A DNA stretch of 64,000 bases from an uncultured cyanobacterium (GTDB lineage Bacteria; Cyanobacteriota; Cyanobacteriia; Cyanobacteriales; CAWCAG01): the NCBI GenBank assembly GCA_963793425.1, contig CAWCAG010000005.1, positions 1,600,001 to 1,664,000 on the forward strand, written 5' to 3'. Positions within the stretch are counted from its first letter, which is position 1, and the number at the start of each line of letters is the position of its first letter. Below, one piece after another: positions 1 to 9,767 of the stretch. The position numbers and the translations under genes were made by a program. The notes under the pieces are model-generated. The model did not search any database, had not been told where the DNA came from, and worked only from the letters and a program-made list of their open reading frames with translations.

Positions 1-176
1 ATAACGCTGAAAGTACCACTCAAAACTATGTAGAGAGCATTTATTTTCTGCCCTTCATAGATTAGAGTATCTCCCTCTAAAATAGTTTCTTGTCTACTTT
101 TTTGAATTATCCAGTCTAAATCATCGTTATTAAGTTCGCCTAATATTAACAGTGCTTTTGTCATACTGGTACTCAT
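1..176 (-). CDS. Cyclic nucleotide-binding domain protein, N-terminal part (runs off the window start)
   Basis: Hand translation MSTSMTKALLILGELNNDDLDWIIQKSRQETILEGDTLIYEGQKINALYIVLSGTFSV matches the start of a cNMP-binding fold; alternative ATG at 164; not in the ORF track. Confidence 0.75.
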   Translation of the reverse strand, partial: MSTSMTKALLILGELNNDDLDWIIQKSRQETILEGDTLIYEGQKINALYIVLSGTFSV

Positions 177-762
177 TCTTTTGACCCCGTACTATTTATG
201 TTTACGGCGGTACTAGCATCTTGGTTTTGAAAATATAAGATTTAGATGCACAACCCTGACTTTTTGCTTATAGCAGTTTCCTCTATATGCTGTACCTATA
301 CTTAAATGCTATTGTAGTAGCTTTGAGTTTTGAACTCTGAAGTTTTTTTCTCTAAGCAGTTTCTAAGTGTAGCATTCAATTTGCAATTTAGTCCTCTGTC
401 CTTTGTAAGGCAGTTTCTCTCCTTAGTTATCTACAAAATTGCTTATTTTTAACCTCTGATGCCTCTAACATAAGCAGCAGTTAGAGAAAGGATCTTTATG
501 AATAGATAAAGCTCGTTCTGAGTCTAATTTAGAGATTGCGTACTCTGCCTACATAACCATTGGCAAAAATTAAAGCGGCTTTTTCTGCGATCGCTCTTCG
601 TTTACCTAAAATTATCCCAACTAACAAACCAGATGTTGCCGCAGCTAAGAGAATATGAAAATGAATAGTTTATTTTTCTTCTGGATAACTATTTTTACGG
701 AAGTATATCTTTGCTATTTACTTAAAGCTTTAATTTTTAAGACTTTGTTGGTTTTAATAAAA

Positions 763-1726
763 TTATTCAGCAGCAGGTAAAAACATTCCTGCTTCAATTT
801 CTTGGCGTACTTCTGGGCTAACAACACCTTTATTTAAACATTTCGCTAGTAATTTTTTGGCTTCTTGATATTGTCTGAGTAATTGTAGTTGTTCTCTGTT
901 AAACTGCCAATCATGACCAATATTGCGATGTTTGATTGTGACTGCTGTTAATTACCTCCTGTAAAGATGTTTCAGGAGAATTATCAAATTGTTGAATGAT
1001 ATAGGTTAATAAATTCGGTTGCCTTTCCTTCTCGGCAAACTCTTTGAGAGTAATAAACAACGGCACTAATTCAGCTTGCAATTCGCCAATTAAGCACTGC
1101 ATAGCCAAGTATTTTAAGAAAGTAGTCTTTCCCGCCCCTGGTTTTCCCCAAACCATTAACTTGGAATGCCTTTTAACTGCTTCTAAACCTGCAACCCTTT
1201 CTTCTTTGACTTTGCCAAATCCTAAACGCTCAAAATTTTCTGCTTCTAACTGACAAGCTTGTTGTAACTCTACTAGACCAAATCTTTGCTTAGTCGTAAT
1301 CTTCTCCAGAATATTAACATCAGTGTAGATGTCATCTAAATCCATATCCTGAGTCATATCCAACACTTTTATTGTGCCGCAAAGTTGTTTGATTAAGGGG
1401 CGAATCTGTTCACGAACTTTTTTAACCGTTGCGTTTATGTCTTCTTCTTTCTTTTCAATAACTCCAGGCTGATCTTTCTGACATTTCTTCTGTAATAGAT
1501 CATGTAATAAACGCCGTTTGTTAGGTCTTCTTTGATTAAAGCTAAACTTTCGATAAACTCCAGTTAAGCGAGTCCGCAAAGCATTATCACTAATATGAAG
1601 TTCGTCGGCAATTTGCTTGAGATTTTTGTTATCACTAAGAACAGCAATGAAAGCTTCTTCCTGCTCCTCAGAAAGCTGATATAGCCGCGCCATCTCTTTT
1701 AAAAAATCAAGGGGAAGGGGTTGCAT
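763..1726 (-). pseudogene. HTH-NACHT NTPase with a large internal deletion
   Basis: ORF 911-1726 has an N-terminal HTH and Walker A GKPGAGKT but ends before Walker B; another frame (about 950 to 763) reads KHRNIGHDWQFNREQLQLLRQYQEAKKLLAKCLNKGVVSPEVRQEIEAGMFLP, the typical C-terminus of cyanobacterial NACHT proteins. Confidence 0.85.
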
Positions 1727-1775
1727 TCTGGTTTTGTGAATAACCTCAACTACATATTGAATATAGCGTTATTAC

Positions 1776-1811
1776 TTAAGTCAGCCTAAGTCAGTCTAAG
1801 TAAGCCTAAGT
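1776..1811. repeat. Four 10-bp-period direct repeats (core YTAAGT) in a divergent intergenic region
   Basis: ttaagtcagc ctaagtcagt ctaagtaagc ctaagt. Confidence 0.7.
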
Positions 1812-1877
1812 TTGAGCGAAAACTCTCAAGTCTAGTTGCGACAGTGAATATAGTTCACCTCACAAAAGGTAAAAATT

Positions 1878-2096
1878 ATGCAAATTGATTGGCTAGGTTT
1901 TATTGTTCTTTTCCTGTTAACTAAATCTGGAGAAATCATACTCGAACAGTTGCTAACTAAGTTTTGGCAATGGGTACTCAGTGAAACGAACATCAAACAA
2001 CTTATACTTAGCTGTAAACTGCAAATCTTGGTTATCTATCTTGACTGGTTGTTAGAAAGAACCCCGGTTGAGAAATTAGGTAACAAGGATACTTAA
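1878..2096 (+). CDS. Small hypothetical protein with hydrophobic N-terminus
   Basis: 72-aa ATG ORF with AAGG upstream, divergent from the NACHT gene. Confidence 0.5.
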   Translation: MQIDWLGFIVLFLLTKSGEIILEQLLTKFWQWVLSETNIKQLILSCKLQILVIYLDWLLERTPVEKLGNKDT

Positions 2097-2253
2097 GATA
2101 CACTATAAAAAGTGGGCAAATGCTCACTTAATAGCAATTTTCTTGAGTGTCCCTAACTTTACTCAACAACTCAGAATTTCACCTATGGCATTACGAATTT
2201 AGATATGGAGTTAACCAACATCTTCAACCCACCCAATAGCGAAGGTTTCTCCC

Positions 2254-2377
2254 CTACTGGTTTGTCAAAGCAATATTTTAGGGTAGCTTTTATGAGTAAA
2301 GGTTGATTCTTTACCCCTTACCCCTTACCCTTTGCCCCTTACCCTTTACCCGTCAATTTCTAATTGACAGACTACTA
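2254..2377. mobile_element. MITE-like element with imperfect ~31-bp terminal inverted repeats enclosing (TTACCCY)n heptamers
   Basis: Left end ctactggtttgtcaaagcaatattttagggta aligns with the reverse complement of the right end, tagtagtctgtcaattagaaattgacgggta; heptamers at 2311-2351. Confidence 0.6.
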
Positions 2378-2474
2378 CTCCCTACTCCCTTTCCTAACAA
2401 CCAATTTCACTGAATTCCCTCAAAGTTATAAACTAAACTTTGCAATCTGTTTAGACAAAAGAAGATATTAAGCT

Positions 2475-3200
2475 GTGAGAAAAGTAATTATTGCGGGAAA
2501 TTGGAAAATGAACAAGACTCAGGAAGAGTCTTTGAATTTTTTACAATCATTCCTCAAAGAAATCAACGAAGCACCTACAGATAGAGAAATTGTTCTTGGT
2601 ACGCCCTTCACTGCCTTGGGTATAATGTCCAAAAATCTTCATGGTAGTAGAGTACGTTTAGCTGCCCAAAACATTCACTGGGAAGAATCTGGAGCTTATA
2701 CAGGGGAAATTTCCGGCCCCATGCTCAAAGATACAGGCATTATGTATGTGATCGTCGGCCATAGCGAACGCCGTCAATACTTCGGAGAAACTGACGAAAC
2801 TGTCAACTTGCGTTTAAAAGCAGCCCAACGCAATGGCTTTATTCCCATTCTCTGTGTGGGGGAAACGAAAGAACAAAGGGACACAGGAGAAACTGAAGCA
2901 GTAATAGAAGGGCAGCTAAAGAAAGACTTAGTAGATATTGATCAAAGTCAGCTTGTAATTGCCTACGAACCAATTTGGGCGATAGGTACAGGAGAAACCT
3001 GCGCTAGCAAAGAAGCAAACCGTGTTACTGGTTTAATTCGCTCTCAACTAGATTACAAAAACACCACTATTCAATATGGCGGCTCTGTGAAACCAAATAA
3101 TATTGACGAAATAATGGCTCAACCAGAAATTGATGGGGTGTTGGTGGGAGGAGCAAGTTTAGATCCTGTCGGTTTTGCCCGCATTGTTAACTATATGTAG
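2475..3200 (+). CDS. tpiA: Triosephosphate isomerase
   Basis: [24 protein letters not shown] and LVGGASL motifs. Confidence 0.98.
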   Translation: MRKVIIAGNWKMNKTQEESLNFLQSFLKEINEAPTDREIVLGTPFTALGIMSKNLHGSRVRLAAQNIHWEESGAYTGEISGPMLKDTGIMYVIVGHSERRQYFGETDETVNLRLKAAQRNGFIPILCVGETKEQRDTGETEAVIEGQLKKDLVDIDQSQLVIAYEPIWAIGTGETCASKEANRVTGLIRSQLDYKNTTIQYGGSVKPNNIDEIMAQPEIDGVLVGGASLDPVGFARIVNYM

Positions 3201-3272
3201 AGAATAGGGAATAGGAAGCGGGGAGTAGGCAGCCGAGAGAAAATGTTGTCATGAGCTAATGCTACTTTTCTT

Positions 3273-3308
3273 AAAAAAAAGGGACACTGTTAAACGGTGT
3301 CCCTTTTT
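3273..3308. terminator. Bidirectional rho-independent terminator
   Basis: A-run gggacactgt-ta-aacggtgtccc T-run between convergent genes. Confidence 0.85.
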
Positions 3309-3322
3309 AATCGCTATTTATT

Positions 3323-4597
3323 CTAAGCGGTGGCTTTAGCTGGCTTCAAAGCAGCGTTGTTTTCTGCAATTAACTGCACATACAACTCGTTCAACTGAGA
3401 AGCTACTCCTTGCCAACTAAACTTCTCTTCCACCCTCTTTCTCGCATTTCCACCCAATTGATCCCGCCATTGGGAATCATCTAGGATGCGATTAATTGCT
3501 TTAGCAAAAGCTTCTGCATCTTGAGGAGGAGCAAGTAAACCTGTTTCTTCGGAAACTACGGTATATTGTAACCCTCCTACATCGCTAGCAATCACAGGAG
3601 TACCACTTGCCATCGCTTCAATAGCTACTAAGCCGAAAGGTTCATAGTGACTTGGCACGACAGAAACATCCGTAGCTGCGTAGTATAGGGGCAATTCTTC
3701 ATCACCAATGCGACCAGGGAATTCTGTTTTTTGCTCAATTCCGAGTTCAGCAACAATTTCCTCAATTCTTTCCCTCTCTATACCGTCGCTTTGTCCAGGA
3801 CGAGAACCACCACCAATAATCAACTTGAGATCGTTTTTATCTTGCCACTCAGACTGACCAACTGCTCGCACTAATGTTTCAATTCCTTTACGAGGATCAA
3901 AGCGCCCGACATAAAAAACCACCTTGGCTTGGGGATCAATACCCAGCTTTTCCCTCGCTTCAGCTTTGCTGATGCCGCCGAAATGCTCGATATCAGTGCC
4001 ACAAGGAATAATTGCAATGTTCCCTTGCTTGGAAACTAGCGATCGCATATGTTCCTTTTCTTGGGGACTTGTGGCAACTATACGATCCGCATTTTCTAAA
4101 CAGCGCTTTTCTACTGCTAAACGAGTGGTAGCAATCATCGGGATCGCAGATACAGACTCGTATTTAACTGCACCGAGAGAATGATAGGTGTGAGCTAAAG
4201 GGATGGCTAGTTTTTGGCTTAGTTCTAATCCTACCCACCCAGAAATCCAGTAATTACTGTGGATTAGCTCATAGTCAATATTTTCTTGCTCCATGAATTG
4301 CAGGAATTGCGCTACAAATTCCTCACGATAACCAAATATTTCTTGTCGCGGCACAAAGTCTTCTGGCCCCGCCGTTAAGCGGATTGTTCGACAGTTAGGA
4401 GCATGATTAATAATCTTAGGTTGGTCAGCGTGAGATTGGCGAGTGAACATATCCACACTCCATCCTTGCTGAGCCAATGCCTCTCCTACTTGACGAACGT
4501 AGACGTTCTGCCCACCTGCTTCTTCTTTACCTATTTCCACAGCGGGGTCGCCGTGGACAGAAATCAGGGCAATGTGCTTTTTATTTTTGGTATTCAT
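3323..4597 (-). CDS. GT4 glycosyltransferase, sucrose-phosphate synthase-like (GT domain only)
   Basis: HIALISVHGDP..EAGGQNVYV, GRFDPRKG and EPFGLVAIEAMASG motifs as in single-domain cyanobacterial SPS proteins. Confidence 0.85.
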   Translation of the reverse strand: MNTKNKKHIALISVHGDPAVEIGKEEAGGQNVYVRQVGEALAQQGWSVDMFTRQSHADQPKIINHAPNCRTIRLTAGPEDFVPRQEIFGYREEFVAQFLQFMEQENIDYELIHSNYWISGWVGLELSQKLAIPLAHTYHSLGAVKYESVSAIPMIATTRLAVEKRCLENADRIVATSPQEKEHMRSLVSKQGNIAIIPCGTDIEHFGGISKAEAREKLGIDPQAKVVFYVGRFDPRKGIETLVRAVGQSEWQDKNDLKLIIGGGSRPGQSDGIERERIEEIVAELGIEQKTEFPGRIGDEELPLYYAATDVSVVPSHYEPFGLVAIEAMASGTPVIASDVGGLQYTVVSEETGLLAPPQDAEAFAKAINRILDDSQWRDQLGGNARKRVEEKFSWQGVASQLNELYVQLIAENNAALKPAKATA

Positions 4598-4929
4598 ATT
4601 TTTTTAGTCCCTAAACTTAATTGATTCAGGGCAATTCAGACTCTAAATGAAGATGATTGCAAGATTTGTTAAGGTTTACTGAGGTTTTTCTCCTTATGTA
4701 AGCCTCAACTAAATAAACGTAAGACTAATTACCTAACAATTTTAGTCAATTAATGCCATAAAAGCAAAAATCGCTAAGATTATATCTCAATTCATAAGCT
4801 ATCACAACTTTTATTTACAACACTATGACAAAAGTCATATGTTTTTATTATCTAGGAAGTAGAAAACTTTTTGAATAGATTTACAGACAAATTAGGCAAA
4901 AGTATGTTACATTCTTAACTTGTCACCCT

Positions 4930-5021
4930 GGAGAGGTGGCTGAGCGGTTGAAAGCGGCAGATTGCTAATCTGCTGTACGGTTGGTAACTCCGTACCGAGG
5001 GTTCGAATCCCTCCCTCTCCG
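4930..5021 (+). tRNA. tRNA-Ser(GCT)
   Basis: ggagagg acceptor stem, anticodon arm gcaga-tt-GCT-aa-tctgc, long variable arm, GGTTCGAATCC T-loop. Confidence 0.97.
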
Positions 5022-5040
5022 TTGGCAATAGTTAATTTAA

Positions 5041-5295
5041 CTAGCTTTGTTCTTGGTGTTTCATCTCTTCAGTTTCACCAACTACCTCTAAATACTGCTC
5101 CTCTAAAAGGAAGTTCCCTACCTGAAAGCGGACTCCCCAATATCCTCCAGGGCGGCGATCAATAATCACTCCTTCTTCCCCTACGGCGATAACATGGGGT
5201 GGTCGTAACATCGGCATTGGTTCGGCGGTTTTAATGTATGGCGGCAAGGTAACTACCCGAACTTTGTGGCCAACAATGATTTCTTGTTTCGACAT
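5041..5295 (-). CDS. sipA: NblS/Hik33-interacting regulatory protein SipA
   Basis: PPYIKTAEPMPMLRPP and DRRPGGYWGVRF signatures. Confidence 0.9.
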   Translation of the reverse strand: MSKQEIIVGHKVRVVTLPPYIKTAEPMPMLRPPHVIAVGEEGVIIDRRPGGYWGVRFQVGNFLLEEQYLEVVGETEEMKHQEQS

Positions 5296-5304
5296 ATTTT
5301 TAAA

Positions 5305-6426
5305 TTAAATGGTAATAGGAGAATCTACATAAATAGTAGGGGTTTGCAGCACAAACTCAATGCTACGAGCAGCAAGTTTTTTGGCAATGGTATTATTAGC
5401 CAGTTCTAGTAAACGTTTGCGTAACTGAAGAGAATTTTCATTAGAACCTAAGATGAAAAAGGTGATTCTTGCCCTTGTACCTTCTCCCTCTTCAGCTTCA
5501 AACAAGTGGATGTTGGTACTGCCAGGATCGATGCCGAATAAGGCATCAGTACTTTCTTTAATTATTTGCTCTACTAGAGCCTGTTCTTGTTCCGGTAAAG
5601 CTTGAGGAAAATCGAGATAAAGTAAGACCATTACCTTCTTCCCCCTGGTAACATTTTCAATTTCCCAACTTACCATAGTTGAGTTAGGGACGATCATTAA
5701 GGTACTTTTGGCTGCTGTACGAATTTTAGTGGAACGCAGACCAATAGATTCAACTCGACCAAATAAACCAGTGGGGACACGGATATATTCCCCAACCACA
5801 AAGGGGCGATCCAAGTATAAGACGACTGTGGCAATTAACTGTTCTAGGGTTTTTTGGGCTGCAAAGGCGATCGCTAAACCGCCAATACCCAAACCAGCAA
5901 GTAAACCTACTAAATCTATGCCTTGATTTTTCGCAAAGGCAACTACTGCCACAAAACCAATAACCACATTAGCTAAAGTTTCAGCAATTAATAATAGTTC
6001 ATCAACCTCCCGCCCCATTTTCCGAATCAAACTGATGCCGTATAACCGCACTATTTGCCGAAAAAGGCGAGATGTCAGCATTGCTATAGTGAAAATCAAA
6101 GCCAAATCGCTGAAAAAGCGTAGAAACCAATAAAAACCTTCATACTCTCGAATGAAGTTGAGAGAAAAAGCAATCAGAATAAATGTGCCAGTGATTCTTA
6201 ATAATTTTTCTAAAGGTTCTATGAGGTTTGCATAAATAGTCGAAAATTGTTCTGGGAAAAAACGGTGAATCGTGACCCTAATCAAAGAAGGAGTGTATCT
6301 TCCAACAACCAAAGATAGAAGAATAAAAACAAAAAAGATACCTAGTTTGACACCAAGGCGAATCAAAAAATCTTTTGTTGTCTGATCAATTTGTAAGAAT
6401 TCTTCAATAACAACTGCAATATCCAT
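5305..6426 (-). CDS. MscS-family mechanosensitive channel
   Basis: TM helices, GLGIGGLAIAFAAQ, DRPF.VGE.I and IGLRSTKIRT. Confidence 0.92.
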   Translation of the reverse strand: MDIAVVIEEFLQIDQTTKDFLIRLGVKLGIFFVFILLSLVVGRYTPSLIRVTIHRFFPEQFSTIYANLIEPLEKLLRITGTFILIAFSLNFIREYEGFYWFLRFFSDLALIFTIAMLTSRLFRQIVRLYGISLIRKMGREVDELLLIAETLANVVIGFVAVVAFAKNQGIDLVGLLAGLGIGGLAIAFAAQKTLEQLIATVVLYLDRPFVVGEYIRVPTGLFGRVESIGLRSTKIRTAAKSTLMIVPNSTMVSWEIENVTRGKKVMVLLYLDFPQALPEQEQALVEQIIKESTDALFGIDPGSTNIHLFEAEEGEGTRARITFFILGSNENSLQLRKRLLELANNTIAKKLAARSIEFVLQTPTIYVDSPITI

Positions 6427-6438
6427 AAATTATCTATC

Positions 6439-6459
6439 TATAGCAATTCTATTAGAGAT
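6439..6459. mobile_element. Solo IS630-type end
   Basis: tatagcaattctattagagat matches the IS630 end at 53332-53352 (reverse complement) at 20 of 21 positions. Confidence 0.55.
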
Positions 6460-6628
6460 TTTTATTTGCTCCCCACTTCCCGCCTATTGTGATGGGTGTC
6501 ACCCCTCATATATAACGGGTTTCACGCAAAAAGTAAGATAAAGGTCATCTTGACATATCATGTACAGTCACTGAGATTATGAACTCCAGACGGCATAATT
6601 GTGATCATCCCGGTTTTATCTCTCAGGC

Positions 6629-7978
6629 ATGATGCAATTACAGGGTCTTACCCATACCATAGCTAACCAATATCCCTTAATTATGGATAGCCACAGCCAG
6701 GTGTACCAAGTCGAACAATCTCGGTTAAATAGCTCAGAGGAAAAAGACTATCTTGTTAATCCTCAACAGTTTGTTTGTCAATATTTCCTCAGCAAGGTGA
6801 GAAAATATTCCCCAGAAGAGATGTTAGAGGAGTTTAAGACTCTGTTCGTTGATCGTGCTAGCTCTTCTCAATCGGAAGTACATAAAGCTTTATATAAAAT
6901 TGTTGCTTTACAAGAGGAAGAAACTTTTCGGGAAACTTTAAAACGTTGCTGCTACATCCTGATTAATAACTGGAGTACCCAAAGGCAATACCAATATATT
7001 CAACAATTAGTTGAGCTTTTTGAGTCTCAGCCAGAAAATAAAAAGTGTGTTTCTCTCCACAAAAAAAGATTGCAGCAGTGGTTAGATAATTTTTGCCAAC
7101 TACAAGATTATCAAGACCTCAAAGTTTTTACAGCAAAATTCAATAAAAAAGAGAAGAAAACTTGGAGTGATCGCTACGCAAGTTACTTGTTAGCTTCTCA
7201 GTATACTGATGACAAAAAGTCTCCTGAACAAAAGGAAGCAGCTATGCTTGTTTCTCATCAGCTTAAAGAGCAGTTTAAGCTGGAATTAGCGATGTATACT
7301 GCTCATGCTAATTCCAAGACAGCTAGGGAAAGAAATCGAGAAAACCCTACTGCTTTAGGAGATAAAGTACTAGAGTTACTGCAAAGACTTCTGGTGAAAC
7401 GGAACTCTTTTAGCCATGAAAATTTAGCTAATATTTTCCTCAAACAAACTCAAGGGACACGCTACTACGAGTTTAAGAAGAGTTTAGTTAAGTATTTAAG
7501 TTTTGCTTTTGGTGGTAAAGATTGGACGAGAGATTTAAAGCGGGATCTCAATAAATATGTAAGAACCCTGTATCCAGAATATGATCAAGAAGTTTTGGAT
7601 GATTCTTTGTTACTAAGAACTTGTAATCGCTTAGTAGATTATTTTACCACCCAGAGTCAGGGAGAACCTTCGGTAAAATTTACTCAGTTGAGGGATGGTC
7701 AAAAGTTTATTCCCTTAGCAATAATCCTGTTGAGGATAGTTTTGATTTGTAAACAAAGCTATGTTCATTTAGAATCTCGTTTAGCTTATTTGATTCAGTA
7801 TCACCAAAAAACTGAAGGTAGTAACTGTGAAGAACTAGTTGCTTTTTTGGAAGTTTTAACTATTACTTTAACTATCTATGCAGAGAATGTTCGCTACAAT
7901 TTGCTTAAGATGGCAGCTAGTAGAAACAAGCAAAATGATGATGGTTCTCTAAGGGTATTTTCCCAAGTGCAGTGTTAG
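6629..7978 (+). CDS. Cyanobacterial-type hypothetical protein (helical)
   Basis: 449-aa ORF with LKRCCYILINNW and NPTALGD motifs; function unknown. Confidence 0.8.
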   Translation: MMQLQGLTHTIANQYPLIMDSHSQVYQVEQSRLNSSEEKDYLVNPQQFVCQYFLSKVRKYSPEEMLEEFKTLFVDRASSSQSEVHKALYKIVALQEEETFRETLKRCCYILINNWSTQRQYQYIQQLVELFESQPENKKCVSLHKKRLQQWLDNFCQLQDYQDLKVFTAKFNKKEKKTWSDRYASYLLASQYTDDKKSPEQKEAAMLVSHQLKEQFKLELAMYTAHANSKTARERNRENPTALGDKVLELLQRLLVKRNSFSHENLANIFLKQTQGTRYYEFKKSLVKYLSFAFGGKDWTRDLKRDLNKYVRTLYPEYDQEVLDDSLLLRTCNRLVDYFTTQSQGEPSVKFTQLRDGQKFIPLAIILLRIVLICKQSYVHLESRLAYLIQYHQKTEGSNCEELVAFLEVLTITLTIYAENVRYNLLKMAASRNKQNDDGSLRVFSQVQC

Positions 7979-8316
7979 TTACAGCTATTATTACTGTGTA
8001 GCTTCTAAGTTTTTTTAACTATCCTTGCTGTCTACGCCAGAAACACCCTTAATAGGAATCAGCTTGAAAAACTTGACAATCGGCAATAGCGTCAAGATAT
8101 CAAGATATAGAAACACTCATCTGCAAAAACTCAGCTTCATTTCATTTGATTCTGAAATACTTGCTTTATCAAGCTTCAGGGTTATTAACCGAAGTCAATC
8201 AAGACAACCTAACGAGGTGAGTCATTCAAAAACCTAGCAGATTGTATCTTAAACTTAAAAGAAAGCCCCTATTAATTTCTTGCCATCCCTAACCATTAGA
8301 ACAATGTTAGTGACTA

Positions 8317-9096
8317 ATGACTGAATCCCCTACAGAAACTTTGAGACTGAATAAAACTTACAACCCAGATGCTTTTACAACCCTCAGCAAAATCAAGACT
8401 AAAACTGAGATTGCTGTTGCTGCAAAAAAGCTTGATATGGTGTTCTATTCTGGCATAGAACATTTTCAGGCCTTAAGAAGGGTTAATTTTGAGGTTGAAA
8501 AGGGCGATCTTCAACTCTTGATGGGGCCTTCTGGTTCAGGTAAAACAACCTTACTATCTATTTTGGCCGGTTTGCTAACTCCGACATCAGGGCAAGTACA
8601 TTTACTGAATTCAGAAATTACGAAAATGTCCCAAAAGGAGTTAGCTAGATTTAGACGGGACAACATTGGTTTTATTTTTCAAGGTTTTAATTTATTTCCG
8701 GCTTTGAGTGCCGCAGAAAATGTGGAATTAGCTTATGAAATGAAGGGCTTAGGGAAAAAAGAAGCGAAAGAACAAAGCCAAATATTATTAACTCAAGTAG
8801 GTTTAGCTGATAAAGCTAATTTGCGGCCTAAAGACTTATCTGGGGGGCAAAAACAAAGAGTCGCGATCGCCCGTGCTTTGGTAGGAAATCCTCCTTTAAT
8901 TATGGCAGATGAACCAACAGCTTCCCTTGATTCTCATAGCGGGCATACGGTTGTGGAATTGTTACGTAGTTTAGCTAAAGAAGGAGGAAGTACAGTTATC
9001 ATTGTTACCCACGACAGCCGCATTATGGATGTTGCTGATAGTATTCTTTATTTAGAAGATGGGAGATTACGACAACCTGGAGAATTATCTTTGTAG
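8317..9096 (+). CDS. ABC transporter ATP-binding protein (LolD/DevA-like)
   Basis: GPSGSGKT, LSGGQKQRVAIARAL, DEPT, VTHD. Confidence 0.93.
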   Translation: MTESPTETLRLNKTYNPDAFTTLSKIKTKTEIAVAAKKLDMVFYSGIEHFQALRRVNFEVEKGDLQLLMGPSGSGKTTLLSILAGLLTPTSGQVHLLNSEITKMSQKELARFRRDNIGFIFQGFNLFPALSAAENVELAYEMKGLGKKEAKEQSQILLTQVGLADKANLRPKDLSGGQKQRVAIARALVGNPPLIMADEPTASLDSHSGHTVVELLRSLAKEGGSTVIIVTHDSRIMDVADSILYLEDGRLRQPGELSL

Positions 9097-9206
9097 CCAA
9101 GTTGAGAAGTTTTTTTGAACAAATCTAAATTAAATAATTATCTCTAACTCCATTTACAATAGAAATTAAAGATTTGTAACCATTAGTAGACGAAGCAAGC
9201 AAACTC

Positions 9207-9386
9207 ATGAGTAATAGCGAAGATATAAAACCAACAGTAACTCCCAAGCTAACAGAATCTAAGTTTGGCTTTCACGATTATGCAGAGCGCTTAAATGGCA
9301 GGGCCGCCATGATTGGTTTTGTGATTGCCATTGCCATTGAGTATTTTACAGGTAAGGGGCTGCTATCGTGGTTAGGCTTGACGTGA
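9207..9386 (+). CDS. hli: High-light-inducible protein (Hli/Scp), 59 aa
   Basis: Hand translation contains FGFHDYAERLNGRAAMIGFVIAIAIEYFTGKGLLSWLGL, the ExxNGRxAM chlorophyll-binding helix; below the ORF-track cutoff. Confidence 0.95.
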   Translation: MSNSEDIKPTVTPKLTESKFGFHDYAERLNGRAAMIGFVIAIAIEYFTGKGLLSWLGLT

Positions 9387-9433
9387 TATTACTTTATGGA
9401 TAGTGATAGGTGATAAGTATAGGTGATAATGTA

Positions 9434-9721
9434 ATGAACGCTTTGTGGCCCCGTTTTTTAAAGTCAGCTTACCGTAAAGACCCTGTTTCTAGCTTTATTT
9501 TTACTATAGGAGCAGTTGATGCCGTTATTGGTGGTGTGGGTGAACGCTGGACATTACTGGGTTTTGGTATCATGACGATTTTCCTGGCTATGGCTATTCG
9601 TTGGTGGCAAATTCAGCAATCTCAAGAAAGCTTAACTGAAGAAGCACCAAGGCGCTTTCTTCCCCCTAGTCCTAGTAACGCCCCTTTGCCTATGCTGAAA
9701 ACCAAGGAAAGGGATTGGTAA
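9434..9721 (+). CDS. Small cyanobacterial membrane protein
   Basis: MNALWPRFLKSAYRKDP start followed by two hydrophobic segments. Confidence 0.75.
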   Translation: MNALWPRFLKSAYRKDPVSSFIFTIGAVDAVIGGVGERWTLLGFGIMTIFLAMAIRWWQIQQSQESLTEEAPRRFLPPSPSNAPLPMLKTKERDW

Positions 9722-9767
9722 TATTTTTTCTCTTCGATAGCTAATTGAGAGAAATTCAGGAGGTAAT

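Noticed and set aside
271..418. Three GCAGTTTC copies upstream of the cNMP gene
   Set aside because: Only 8 bp with irregular spacing (about 83 and 54 bp); not enough to call an array or operator
4962..5165. 67-aa ORF on the + strand
   Set aside because: Overlaps tRNA-Ser and is antisense to sipA
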